A stretch of 63,990 nucleotides of DNA, counting the filler, from Peribolospora baueri (Eukaryota), in assembly GCA_029717555.1 (NCBI GenBank). It is 3 parts of 3 records of this genome, joined end to end, with 100 filler letters (N's around TTAATTAATTAA, not from the genome) between each part and the next. Parts side by side here need not be neighbours in the genome. Positions count along the whole stretch, not along the records: positions 29,898 to 59,680 come from JAMDHS010000143.1; 2 more parts are not named here. One strand, given 5' to 3'. A program made the position numbers and the translations under genes. A model generated the notes under the pieces. The model was not told where the DNA came from. It saw only the letters and a program-made list of their open reading frames with translations, and searched no databases. The first letter of the stretch is position 1, and each line of letters starts with the position of its first letter. Positions 33,265 through 46,149 of the stretch are shown piece after piece.

Positions 33265-35757
33265 TCACATCAGAATGAGCGCAGGGCCCATCGCCTCGGC
33301 CCTCCGGCTCGTAACCCTCCTCACCACTTCCGGATTCAGCTTGTGCCTTCTGTCGAACGTCAGCAGCCCGTTCACCTCCGTCTCGATGTCCGAAAGTTGC
33401 GTCCAGCAGAAGCCTTGCACCAGACCCGAGTCCATCACGGCGTTAATCATGGACGTGTAGCGATCGAGGAACTCTTTCGTATCTCCGGCCGTCTCGTAGC
33501 CCCAGCCTTTTTGGGCGTTCGTGCTCAAGGCCAGACCTGATACGAACGGTGGACGCATGTGAGTCAGGATCGAAGCTTCGCGGAACCAAGAAACTTACCG
33601 CCGAATTCGGTGAGAAGGATGGGCTGCCCGTTATATCGACTACCAGGCGCAAAGATAGGGCGGCCGCACTGCTTTCCGGACAAAATTTGGTCCAGTGACT
33701 TGTACGTGGCTGCTAGGGCGGGGGCACCTCTATAGTCATGCACCGTAACCAAGTCGCTTTCGACGTGCTCCCACCCGTCGTTGTCCGTGACTGGCCGCGT
33801 GGCATCGAGGGATTTGGTCAAGCTGGATGGAGACGCAGGCGATGGGCTAACGCTGAGCCGCCCATCCGCAGAACGGAATGCCTGCACGGGAAGGTAGTCC
33901 TCGAGGACGTCAATGACGAGCCACTTACTGGTAAAGCGACGCTAGATGCGACCGTTGCTGCTCGTCCTGAAGCAGGTTCGGCACGCCCCAGCTCTCATTG
34001 ATAGGCGTCCAGGCCCCGATGCACGGATGACTCCGGTCCCTCTTAATCACCTGGAGCCATTCCGACGTAAACTGTCGGAAGCAACACGATTGGAGCAACA
34101 TATTCGCTTACGTTGAGGAAAGAAACTTTTGCACAAAAAGCGAGAGAGCTGGATGACGCGACGATGGTCACTCACGCGTTCCACGTACTGTTGCGAATAC
34201 TCGTAGGCGTTGGCCATTTCACCCCATACGAGGAAACCTGAAGAGCCAGGACACAGACGCCAGGCTGCGTCAGCCGTGCGGCACAGTGAGGATGGTAAAG
34301 CATGGTCACAGGTCATTTGCCCACCTAGCTTGTCGCACCAGTACAGCCAACGGGGATCCTCGACCTGCTCAGCCATATCAAGACAATCGAGACATGAGCG
34401 AACGTAAAAAGTGGAGAGAAAAACGGTGCAAGAATACGAATTGACCAAACTGACTTTCTGATGCTTCCTCGCTCCATTAAAGCCGAGTTCTTTCATCATC
34501 TCCACGTCCTTCTTGAAGTCTTCGTCCTTGGGCGCCGTCATGAGACCCCCAGGCCAATAACCCTGGTCCAAGACGAGGCGCTGGAAGTAAGGCCGGTTGT
34601 TGAGGAGAAATTTGCCGCCTTCAATTGACACTTTGCGCATGCCCGCGTAGGTGGTCACCTCGTCGATGACTCGCTTGGTACCCGCGTCGAGCAAGCGGAG
34701 CTTGACGTCGTACAGGGTGGGATGTTCTGGGCTCCAAAGTGCCATGCCTGCCCAGGCGTCCCGGTTCACCTCCGGAGGCAAGGAGTGAGGAGTGTAGAGT
34801 GAGTCACGATGCTCTTCGGGAGGAGGCGCGCCAGGAGAAAGGACCGAGACGGAGAGAAGGGCGCTCGACATGACAGATCGGATGGTCGTGCTGGCGACGT
34901 GGTTGCCATGGAGGGACACGTCTGCCTCGACCAGCGTATCACGGTACTCGCCGAGAATGCCGACATCGATCTGCAGGGCGCCGGCGTCGATGTCCGGACG
35001 GAGCAAGATTGCGTCCAGGTCGAGGGCTTGGCGGGCGGGGACGGGCTCCAGCCAAACCGGCTGCCAGATGCCCGTGGTGGCCGTGTAGAAGATGCTCTCT
35101 GACTTGTCCCTCCAGTATTGCTTTCCTCTCGGAAGGGTCAGGTCAGCGGGTTTGTCCTCCACACGAACGATTACGACGTGCTCCTGGGCGTCGTTGTTTA
35201 GCGAGTGGGTGATATCTGCGTGGAAAGGCGTATGTCCTCCCCGGTGCTCAGCGACTCTTTCCCCATTGACCCAGACGACGGCCTCGTAATCGACCGCTCC
35301 AAAATGCAGCAAGACCGCGTCCTGCTCCTTCCGGTCGGCTTTGCGCGGATCGACGAACGTTCGCGCATACCAGACGACGCCGTGCGGGGAGCGGTCGCCG
35401 ATCCCGGAGAGGGTGGACTGGTACGCGAAAGGCACGACTATGGTCCCGCCAAAGGGAGAGCCAGTCGCGCCGGTCAGCGCCGTAGCCGGCGTCCGCTGCC
35501 AACCGGCAACGAGACCTTTATCTTGGTCATCGAACGCGAAGTGCCCTGTTGGTCGGGCGAGAAAGGGAAAGAGAATGACTCGGCTTCCTATGCACACAGA
35601 ACTCGAACGACGCGGGACGCTGCGAGAGCGCGGATCCTAATCGACCCGAAGACGACGAGGTACATCTGTTGTCGGGCTCACATGTGCCGTTCAAACTGGC
35701 CCACTCCTTGCGCTGGAGGTGAGGTCTAGGATAATCGGCGCGAGGGATGTCGAGCAT
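33265..35757 (-). CDS. Glycoside hydrolase family 2 (beta-galactosidase/glucuronidase-like), about 7 exons
   Basis: Contains YPRP..W.SLNG.W, LHFGAVDY, RGKQYW, TGIWQPVWLE, LDQGYWP, GFNGARKHQKVE, WTPINESWG (acid/base) and LTEFGG (nucleophile). Confidence 0.92.
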
Positions 35758-36090
35758 GGAGGGCGATAACGGTGCTGGCGGTGGTGGTCAAGAGCTCACC
35801 AAGCGCGCCCTTCCATGGCGCACACCGTTTCTAGTTGGCGTCCGAGCTTGAAGAACGCCGATTGGAGGGATAGTTTGGATGGATTCACAAACGCTTGTAA
35901 AGCAAAGGCAAATACAAATACGAGTGTGGTCCGATGTTTGCTGCGGCATTTCCGATCACTCGCGGTCGTCCACGTGAAATTGTCGAGCACGCTTCCAGCT
36001 CGCCGCCCTTTCACTCCACTCCTGGGTCCCCAGCTCCTCAGTTCTCAACGCACTTGCGTCCTCTGAACTACACGACGGAAAGAGGCGGAT

Positions 36091-37259
36091 ATGTCGGACG
36101 CATCTCCTCAGAGGGGCCCGCTGCTGGGCACGAGCGCGCAGTATGTCCCCGCCACTCCGCCGTCAGGTGAGCGAGCGAAAAGCGGAAAATGAGAAAGAGA
36201 GAAGAAATGGAGAGAAGAGGAAGAGAACGGAGGCGACAGACAAGCGGGAGATGGCTCCTAATGATCCCCAGCGTTTACAGTTCTCTCACTCGTGCTTTGG
36301 TATGCTCCTTGCACCTTCATTTCACGCAGTCCTAGATCTTACCCCTTCCGTCTGCTTCAATCTGTCGCTCTTCAAAGGTGAGCCTCGTTCGAGGGCAATA
36401 GCGCTCGTTGTCGCGTTGGAACGGAGCGCTCACGACCGCCAACGTCTCCGCCCCGCCTACCCTCACTCGACCTCCTTCCCTTCACGCAGATCTCATGCGC
36501 CAATACCGAGCGCTGGACGACTCCGTGACGATGCGTCTGAACCGCAACGCGGCCCGCTTCCGCGACCTCGACCGGCTCTCCCACGCGGCCGGCTCGCCTC
36601 CACCCACCGTCACCACCGCCTCGGCCTCAAGCTCTCGAGATCCATCCTTGCAAGCCGCGGCGGAGGCGTGCGCTTCCTTCTGGGAGGAGCTGGTGCGCGT
36701 GTGGGAGGGGAGGGAGAAGGTGGTAGAGTACTGCATCGACCAGGTCGACAAGAGCGTCGAGAAGAAGAAGGCCGAGATGAGAGGGGAGGCCGGGCTGGAT
36801 GGTGACGTGGAGAGGAGGGATAGCTTGTACGGGGATGAGGTCCTGGTGAGCTTCGTTTCGCCCCAGCTGACCCTGCCCGCTCAACGGAACCAGCCGTGCC
36901 TTCTTCCTCTTCCTCCACTGAGGAGAAAACAGCGCTCATTGTCATTCTCTCTCGCTGGCGTCATCAGAGACAGCAATTGCACAACGAGCTTACCATCGAG
37001 CAGATCATCCGACAACGATCGCTAGACGGTAAGTGTGTTTTTATCCGGCGACGAAATCAAATGCGCCGTGCAAGGCCACGCCACGCCGCACCGACCCGTT
37101 CCCCGTCCGCCGAGATCCTTTGCTCCCTCTCACGCTCACCGTCAACCTCCGTCACGTCCACGTACGAACACAGCTTTCAAAGCGCGATGCAAGCGCTTCC
37201 AACCTGAGCTCAAGAACGAACAGGAGAGGGCATTTTGGGAGGGCAGGAGGACGCGATGA
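36091..37259 (+). CDS. MIX23: Mix23/Cid2/CCDC58 family protein
   Basis: The spliced product reads CFNLSLFKDLMRQYRALDDSVTMRLNR...ACASFW...VEYC...LHNELTIEQIIRQRSL.AFKARC. Confidence 0.82.
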
Positions 37260-37490
37260 CGAGAGGGCGCGCGCCCTCGGATTATAAGGGAATGGAGTAT
37301 CAGGCACATGAATGAATGGAAGAGCGCCGGGGCCGTCTTGTAAGAAACGAAGATGAGAGGGGCACGTGGGGTCCAGTACTGATTATTCGACCCCAAAGGA
37401 GGAAAAGAAGCTGTTTGAGAGCGGAGGCAGCTCTGCATCGAGTTCAAATTAAGAACTAGAGTGAGGTTGAGCAATGCCACGTTGAGCCAC

Positions 37491-39253
37491 CTAGTGGCTT
37501 CGATTTGTTCCCGCAGCCGCGGACGCTACTGGGGCCAGGAGCTGTAAAAAAAATAAAACAGAAGAGAGCGACCGGCGATGCTTCAATTCTCAGACCTCCT
37601 ATCGTCGACGCTCAACGTCCATGGCAACGGTTCCCCTGCGCCGGTCCCACCCGTGCGCCCGCTCATTGCGTGCCTACTCACCTTCTTCGCCCAAACATAT
37701 GTCTTCTCCTTCATCATGAACAGGATGGCAGCGGTGAGCACGGACTGAAGGAGCTTGGATCCTACGCCGCGGTAGAGGCCTCGAAGACCCTCGGCTTGGA
37801 AGATGGAGGCGACGCCGTGAAAGGCGTTTTTATAGCTTCTGCCGACGGCTTGGCCGGATTGCATGCGGGCTGCCGTGGTTGCGATGCGAGGAAAGCGGAA
37901 AAGGGGTGGGGTCAGTTCGGTGGCGATTGAATGTCGTTAAAATCCCTCGAACGCGCGAACGGACGTACACTTGACAACAATATGTGGGTACGTCGCCGAC
38001 GTGGCCACTGTGAGTCGAGGCAGGTCAACGAGGGGGCAGATGGTGAATGCGAAACGTGGAATGAATCTCGTCAGGCAATGATATACGAATGGCACGAATA
38101 GAAACACTTCTCCCTGGCCCTATGACAAGACCTGGATGCTACTCGAGCACCCAACTCACCCAACTTGCTGATAGCGCCGAGCATGAAGAAATCAAGATCA
38201 GATAACAAGGGCACGCCGGCGGGAACCTTGCCTTGGAGCTTGCTGAGCCGTCGGGCGAGGAGCCGATTCTTGAGTTGCTCGAATACAGTGTACTGGCGAG
38301 GAAAGGGAAAAATGGAAAAAGGATAAGAAAAAGAAAAAGAAAAAGAGGGGAACGATAAGGAGGGAGCAAGGCGGCAGAAAGCACGCTTGGGATTGGGATT
38401 CGAATGGAAAGGAATGGAGGCTCACCTGCAAGATCGGGTTCACGACCAATACGAGTGCCGGCCCAAGCCCTCTCCAAAACGCGCCAGGCCCGTCGGTCTT
38501 GAGGATGTGCGCGATCGTCTCGAAAAAGCCAAGTTTCTTCACCTGGCCCTTTTGCTTCTGCGTCTGCACACCGTTCGCATCCTTCGTCGTCGTTGGGAGC
38601 TGCTTGGGGGAGTGGGGGTGGACGCGGACAGTCTGGCGCGTGTTGATGACCCAAATGGGGTTCGAGATGACCGTAGTGGCCGTTCCCGCCACGAGACCGG
38701 CGAGGATGCTCTCGAGCGTCGTCAGCGTCATGCCGGCTAGGGGGGTGCGCTTGGACTTGGCCTTGAGAATAATGTCGCGGGATTGCTCGTAGAAGAGGTA
38801 GTAGACGCTGGGGAGGCGCGGGAGGAGGGAAACCTCGTAAGTCTCCGCCGTCTCGTCGCTCACCCAGGGTACCATCAAGGCGATTGATAACGCCTCTCTT
38901 TGATGGAGACGTCCTCCCACACTCACCCATTCGTGACGGCGATGCCGACCAAGCTGGAGTTCAAGCCTGCGTAAAGCCCGGTGAGGCCCTCCTTCTTAAC
39001 GATCTTGAGCACCGCCTCGCGTAGGCTCTCCTCCGGGTGCTTGCTCGTCTCCACCTGCGCTCGGGTGGAGATGGCAATGAGAGGGTAGGTGAGGGCCATG
39101 CTGCGGAGCGGGACACGAGAGAACGGCAAGAGGATTCGACGATGAACAAGAAGTCGCCAGGACGTCATCGTCAAAGAGCGACGTCCATCTCACTCACGAA
39201 ATGACGCCACCGGCGGCGCCCGAAGCGGCGTGAATGAGCGAATCGGAAGACAT
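37491..39253 (-). CDS. Mitochondrial-carrier-family protein, peroxisomal PMP47/PMP34-like
   Basis: Contains HAASGAAGG, TYPLIAISTRAQV, SNPIWVINTRQ, GPALVLVVNPILQY, TYPHIVVK and KLLQSVLTAAILF. Confidence 0.88.
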
Positions 39254-40579
39254 CGTCGACTTGGTCTGGCAAATATGAAGGAGGGAATGCGTTGTCCAAG
39301 CTGAAAGTGCCGCGTCGGAAGCTGTACGGGAGACTGGGAACAAGGAAAGCGGGAGGTGAAGGCGAAAAGGGGAGCGAGGGAAGCGTGGTGAGGCGCGTGT
39401 GCGTGCTCGCATCGTCATTGAACGACGGCACACCCTCAACCGCCAGCACTCCCACCCATAGCGCATTGCCGTCACAGTGCTGGACAGACTACGACCCCTT
39501 CCGCATCGTAAAACGCCCTACGATACGACCGCGCCCCACCCTCGCGGGCTTAAGCCGAGCAAGCAAGTGAGCGAGTGTACCGAGTCCGCTCCTACGCGAG
39601 CAACTAGGTCACGTTCTCACCCTCTCCGCGCCGTTCCGCTGGCCGAGCGTACACAGAACTCCAGAGTTCCACTCACCTTGAGAGATCGGCCGACTGACGC
39701 GAGGCGGGGCGAGGCGAGGCGAGGCGAGGCGAGCGAACGGATGGATGGATGATGGATGCCGGAGAAACGGAGCGGCGTGCGGGAGGGTAGAACAAATTCG
39801 ACCTGCCGGGGGTAGGACTTAGCCGGTACGAGCGAGCCCGCGGGTATGCAGTGAAGTGAGGAGAAAGAGAGAGAAGGCGACGTCAAAAACGCAGCTGGCT
39901 CACTTTAAAGGCGTAAGTATATATCGACGTGCCCGTCCGTGATGGTCGTTGGTCGTGCGGGGGAGAGCGGATGGTGTTCGCGGAAGCGGAAGCGACCGGC
40001 CATTCGGAGCTCGTTCGGCATTCAGCGCCGCCGGTAGGCGGTCGATCGCTTTCACATTCACATGGCTGGCTCTCTCATTGCCAGCCGACCGAAAGCGAAA
40101 AAGAGAAATGACCGTGGTATAGCCAGCTACCGACGTCGGGCGGAGGAGGGAAACCCGAGTATGGATACTATACCGTATGATACAGGCGAGCTAGTGGGAG
40201 GAGGGCGGCCGGCTGCGCTTCCCTCTTCCTTTGACCCAGCGAGCGAGCCCCCTTCTCTCTGGAAGGGAGCGCACGGAGATAAGGATGGAAGGGTTGGTGA
40301 GACAGGAATGGGAACGGGGAATGATGGGGAGAACGGCGAAATGATGGAGGGTAACTATGAACAGGGAATTGATGGTACCCTGGAGAGCGTACAACCGACA
40401 GCGCTCCGGCTCAAAGGCGGGGAGGACAGGCGGTACTACAACAGAACAGGAAGGCCAGGGAAAGGAAGGCGCGATTGGACGAGACGGGTGCGATGGACGG
40501 TCGGAAGGTGCTCTTGCAGAGGATCGAGGTCAGCTCTGCGAAAGAAAGACGTCCACGCACCCACGCATACATCTCCAAA

Positions 40580-43084
40580 TCAGAGCGCGTACCCGGCCGC
40601 GCCGCCTCCACCACCTCTCACCGCCTCGTTCCTGCCCGGAGCGGCCTGTCCTGCTCCGTAGTTGTGCGCGGCGGCTTGCTGTCCGTAACGGTCGTATCCT
40701 CCGCCGGCACCGTAAGCATCGTGGCCATCGTACCGTGCGTCGCCCTTGCCGACGTCATGCGACTCGTAAACGTCCTCCAACCCGCCACCGCCGGCGATAG
40801 CGGCGTCCAAGTTGCCCCTCGCGCGCGCCTCATTCGCGTTGACGCGCTCAAGCAGCGTCCGCTGTCTCGCTTGTGGGTCGTTGTGGAAAACTTCCGATGC
40901 TCCTCCGACGCCGCCTTCACCACCGCCGCCACCGCCTTTGGCGTCGTCGTAGACGGAACCATAGGATCGGGGCCGCGAAGCGCCTCCCATCGGCTGGCCT
41001 TGGTACGGTCCCTGCCCCTGCTGCTGGTACGGATCCGCGCCGCCGCCGCCGACGTGTGCGGGGCCCATAGCTGGAGAGTAGGGCGCGTACGCAGACATGT
41101 CGATTGGGTCTCCCACCGCGTACCCTCCGACTTGAGCTTGATAGGGCGCGGCATCGTAAGCGTAATTAGGGCCGGGACTCGCAGCTTGATAGCCGGCGGC
41201 CGGATTGGGACTTGCCGCGCGGTTGAAAGCACCCAGAGCTGGTGAGGCGGACCGTGAACCGGACGCGGCACCGTGAAATCGAGCCGGGTACACCTGCGGG
41301 CTCAAGCTGGGACTGGCAGCCTGCATGCCCCGATAACGCTGCGCTTGCATCTCTGGGCTCGAATGAACGCTACCTGCGTATCCCGGGTGCGCGGTGAGGT
41401 GCGCCTCCGAGCCATACAAGCTGCCCTCGTAGACGCTGCCGCCGCCGTGATAGGGCGTCTCGTACGCGGCCCCGTAAGGCATCGGAGGAGGGTAATCGAA
41501 GTCCTGACCGGGCGGGACGGCGCTGGAGGGCATGCTCTTGCTATCGTTGTAAGCGCTGTAGCCTTCGTCCATGCCGGGGTCGTAGACGTTGCCGAACGGA
41601 GCACCGCCCTTGCCATCGCGGATGGAGAAGTCGTCGTCGTCGTATACGTCGCCGACATTGGGCAGCGTCGGCTGCGGCATCGGAGTTTGCACCATCTCGC
41701 CCTTCTTATTTTTCAGGTGGGAGAAGTCGCCGGCCGCCTCGGCGCGCGCAATGGCCGCTTGCTTGGCCATGCGCTGGCGCTGCTTCTTCTTAACCAGCTC
41801 GCTAATCCTGAAGGGCAGCGGGGACGATGAACGGGCGCATTTAGCATCCTACAATCGACCCTTACGGTGGGCGAGAAAGGGCGAGGGTCGGCTCACCGCT
41901 TGTCAATCTTGTGGCAGCAGTATTCCTTCAGGTTGCCCTGAATGTAGCACAGCAGCGGAACGTACATGAGTGCGGCGATGGTGAGCAGGATGGCTGAACC
42001 GGCGAAGATGGCGACGGTGAAGATCATGGTGAGCAGCATGCCGGCGGTGACGACCGAACCCTGGTAATAATCGTATGGGTTGGTGCTGAAGTGGTTGACG
42101 GACGCGAAGGCGTAGAGCGTCAATCCGTTGATCACTTGGCGTGGACCGTCAGCGAGGAGAAGGCGTTTCCAGCCTGGAATGGGGTGGAAGGCGAGATCAA
42201 GTCAGCTCCAGGAATCCGCTGTTGGCCAGGCTAGACGTGAGCGGAGGCGCACCCTTGAAAGTGAAGAAGATGAAGAAGGCAAACTCGTCCTTCTTCTTCT
42301 TCGAGTTGTTGATCTGACAGAAGAAGCAAAACGTGTCGTAGCTCTTCAAGGAGTAGTAGTCGTTGGCCATGACGTTGGTGTATGCATAGCTGATGTCCCT
42401 GCTCCGAATGACGGCTCTGGCTTTGACGGCCTCGTAGGCGACGAGGATAAAGGAGAAAATGATGCAACCGAAGAAGATCCATTTGCCAATCACGAAGGGC
42501 ACCTTGATGATATGCGAGTTGGAGGTTTCCACCTTGGTAAAGATGACCGACGAGAAGTGACCGTAGGCAAGTAGGGTGATGGCCGTGTAGATGTCGGCCA
42601 CGTACACGCCCACCGATTTGACTACGAGGACCCAGACCCAGATGTATCTGGACAAGGGCGAGGAAGGAGAGGAAGGAACGGCATGATCAGCGACCGTATA
42701 GCGGCTAGTGACCAGCCGGACATCAAGAGCGCGCGCAAGCGATCGCTCACCGGAACCGAGTGAAGGCGCCAGAGGTGTGATAGTCCCGCACGTCGATGAA
42801 GTCGAACTGGTCCATCACGGTAACGGGAAGAAATGTCAGCGACCACGGTATAAGGACGCAGCGAGGCCGGGTCTAGGTGTGCTCCCAGCGCTCCTCCAAG
42901 CTAACCAGGCCATCCACTGTCGCCCGACAACGCTATCGCCACTTCCGCCAGCTCTGTCAGGTCGCTTCCACCCACCACTGCCCGCTGGCCCTCAGCCACG
43001 GCCGGAGAGATAAACGAAAGGAAGACGCACCTTATGGTCCGGCACCTCCTCTCTCTTCCAATCCGCCGACTCCGCACAGCACAT
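40580..43084 (-). CDS. KCH1: Fungal Kch1/Kch2-type K+ transporter / vacuolar membrane protein with a long low-complexity tail
   Basis: Contains MCCAESADWKREEVPDHKFDFIDV, ISYAYTNVMANDYYS, FCFFCQI, WKRLLLADGPRQVIN and GNLKEYCCHKIDKR. Confidence 0.85.
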
Positions 43085-44422
43085 GTCGCTGGTTTTGATT
43101 TATCTGAGCTCGGCGGTGAGGGCGGAGGTGAGAACGAGGACGATGACCGTTCCGTCGGTATGGGATCGCCGAGGGAGGCCTGTGCGCGCAAATATGGGGC
43201 GAAAGGAGGTGGACAACACTGGGTCACGTCAGCGGGAGAACGAGGGAGTATGAGCGCGGAGCAAGGTTGGAGACGACGACGAGGGGACTGACCTCGACCA
43301 GCGAGGCCTGAAGAGACGACTAAAGAAGGGACGACTGAGGACAGGGACAAGGGCGGAGGACGGTGACGAAAGCGAGTGTGTAGTGGAGTCAGAAACCTAG
43401 CGGGGACGGGTGGTGTTGAGGATGGAAGGTGTGATGAAGAGAGGCGGCGATGGGAGAGGCAGAAGAAGGACGAGACGAGGGTGGTTGTCGCGAAGGCGGG
43501 CCGTGTCGAACGCGGATAGGTCGCAGTGCTTTTGCGTTCGTTCGTTGGTCGCTATGCAGCGAAGCACGCAGCCAGGCCAGGCAGCTTTGCACGTCCGTCG
43601 ACTCTCTCTACTCGGTCGCTCGCGCCCTGGCGCTAGGCGGTTTGGAAGGGCGGGCGCGCACGCAAAGATACGACCGGCGTGCGCGTTGCCGTTGCCGGTG
43701 CCGGGGTGGATCGACTGGAGACGGAAGCGATGGAAGAGAGAAGAGTAACGAGTGTGAGAATGGAAAAAGGAGTGTCGATGGTGATGGTGATGGTGATGGC
43801 TGTTGCTGGACAAAGACGAGTGGTCGTCGTGTCCACGCCGTCGTCGACTGTCGGCTGATGATGGTTCCCCCGACGGCGCTGCGCTCGACCGGCCGGCGGC
43901 CGCAGTCGCGCCATCTTGTATTCAGAGGGCCCTTGCTGAAATGAGACCCACGTGCATGTATATAGCTGCTTGCCATGTCTGTATTACGCGGGTGCCGTGT
44001 CTGTATTGTGCGTATTATGAATGTCGCACGCCGTGCCCTCGAAATATGAAGTGGCCGCTGCGACATTACGTAGACGACTAAGCTCACCCGTCCCGCCCCT
44101 GTTGCGAACATCTTCTTGTCTCGAACCGTCCGAAGTGCGAACCATGTCTTGGCTTTGCATCCCTTGTTCTGCGTGGCCAGGACAGCTAAAAGCAGAGAGA
44201 GCCCGTCTGATGTCCGCCCGTGTCTATTCTAAAATCTATAATCGTGGCGAACGTGTCCCTTTTCGCGACCAGTCCGGTCCGAACAGCTAGAGCAGAGCAT
44301 ATCTAAGATCATTACCATGTATAATCTAATCCAAGAGCGATACGAACTTATTCCGTTTCCGAGACCGACCACCGGAATCCGACCGGCCGTTCCGCCAAAG
44401 GTTCTATGCAGGGATGGAGGTC

Positions 44423-45814
44423 TCAAGCACGAGGCTTCTCGTCCACCTCCATCGTGATGAGAAGCTTCTCGCCCTCCCACCTCGCGCTCACCTTGCTCAG
44501 ATCGCCCACCACAAAGTCCGCTCCGGCCTCCCACTGCACCTTCCCCTCGTCGTCCAGTCCGTGCGTCGTGCGCAGGCCGAGCACCTTGGCCCCCGCCGCG
44601 CGACCGGACCTCACGCCCGGGGGCGCGTCCTCGACCACGAGACAGTCCGCGATGGGAGCGCCCGAGCGCTCCGCTCCAAGGAGGTAGGGTAAGGGGTCCG
44701 GCTTGCCTCGAGTGCAGTCGTCTGACGTGATGAACGTCTTCGGAAGCGTCGGGCTCACGAGCGCCGTCGGGAAGGCACGATGGGCGTAAATCTTGGTCGC
44801 TGGCGGGGGCAAGTCAGCAACGAATGAGTCGACAGAGGGCCCGGCGGACAGGTGGTATCGGGAGAGAGCGCATAAGAAAGGGGGAAAAGAAGCCGCCGGT
44901 GTCGTGTTCTATATCGATCACTTACCGCTCGTGACGATAGCCCAGCCAGGTCTCCGGGAAGGGTTTTCTGCGGCACCGGCCTGGATCTGTTTGTGGTCGA
45001 CGAAATTGAAAATTCGGCAAGGGCATATTGGGTACACTGTCGGGGAGGACGCGACGACGCGGCGGAAAGAAAGTGAAATATGCCAACGAAATGGGAAAAG
45101 ATGTCTCGCTCACCTGCGCGATCAGCTCCTTCGCTCCAGGCATGGCAACTATCGCCCCGCCCACTTCCTCCTCCTCTTCCGCCGTCCCTGCACCAATCCC
45201 ATTGACCCCTGCTGCATGGCCATTCCCAAGGGACGGCGCATCTCCTCCAGTCTCCGAACCGTTTGCCTTCTTCCTGGCCTGCGCTGCGACGTACTTCTCG
45301 GCAAACTCGAGGATCATCCCCTCGAACCGGACCACCTCCTTGGGAAGTTCGGCTTCGGTGATCCGGGGGCAGAAACGCCGAAGGTTCTCGACGGTGCGAA
45401 CGCCGTGGGCGTGACGGACCTGCGGGGATAGGCGAGGGACAAATATCGCAGATTTGAGGATGTGGGAAGGGTAACATTACTCTCAGCCGTTGCCGGCGTT
45501 ATGTTGCCAGGTCATGTCGGACATACTCACGATGTAATCATAATCGAGGTCATGCTCCTTGCAATAGACCTTCCAGACCGCGTTCACCGCTGGCGTCGAG
45601 TCGATCAACGTCTGAATTGGGGTATGCCACATCAGAGCGCGAAACGGTTGAGCCGTGCATTCAATTCGACGTGTGGGCCAAGTCTTCTTCAGCACCTGAA
45701 GAGCCGACGGATTTCCGACATCCAGACAGCAGAGGGCCGACTCGCGGCTCACAACCTGCTCACCCCGTCCATGTCGAACAAGACAGTGTGAACCTCTATA
45801 ATTTCGGTTGGCAT
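44423..45814 (-). CDS. HAD-superfamily sugar/glycerol-phosphate phosphatase (Gpp1/Dog1-like)
   Basis: Contains LFDMDG/TLIDST, HGVRT, WAIVTS, GKPDPLPY and VVEDAPPGVRSG. Confidence 0.9.
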
Positions 45815-46149
45815 TTTTCTGAACTGCCTTGCAGAAAGAAGACTTCGAAGGGGAGGGACGGTGCGACGAGTGATGGGCGGAAGGGAGAAGTTGCGAGGGA
45901 CTGCGTTATCTTCCGAGCACGTTCTTCTTGGTCGGGGGATTTATCACGTGATCCATTTCTACATATTTCTCTGGACCAAGGCAGGTGGTATTCGCCAACA
46001 TGCACCCGCTCGCATGCTTTCGAGAGCCGGATACCCAGAGCCAGGGTGCATAAGGCCAATGGGAAGAAGAACGATAATGGAACCAGTGTAGAGACATATA
46101 CTACTAGAGGAAAAAGGGTGTTCGCACTTCATCAGGCGGCCATTAACCA

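Noticed and set aside
25991..35757. Carbohydrate-utilisation cluster (polyol dehydrogenase, GH18, GH2)
   Set aside because: The GH2 is on a different contig across the linker, and the substrates are not obviously linked.
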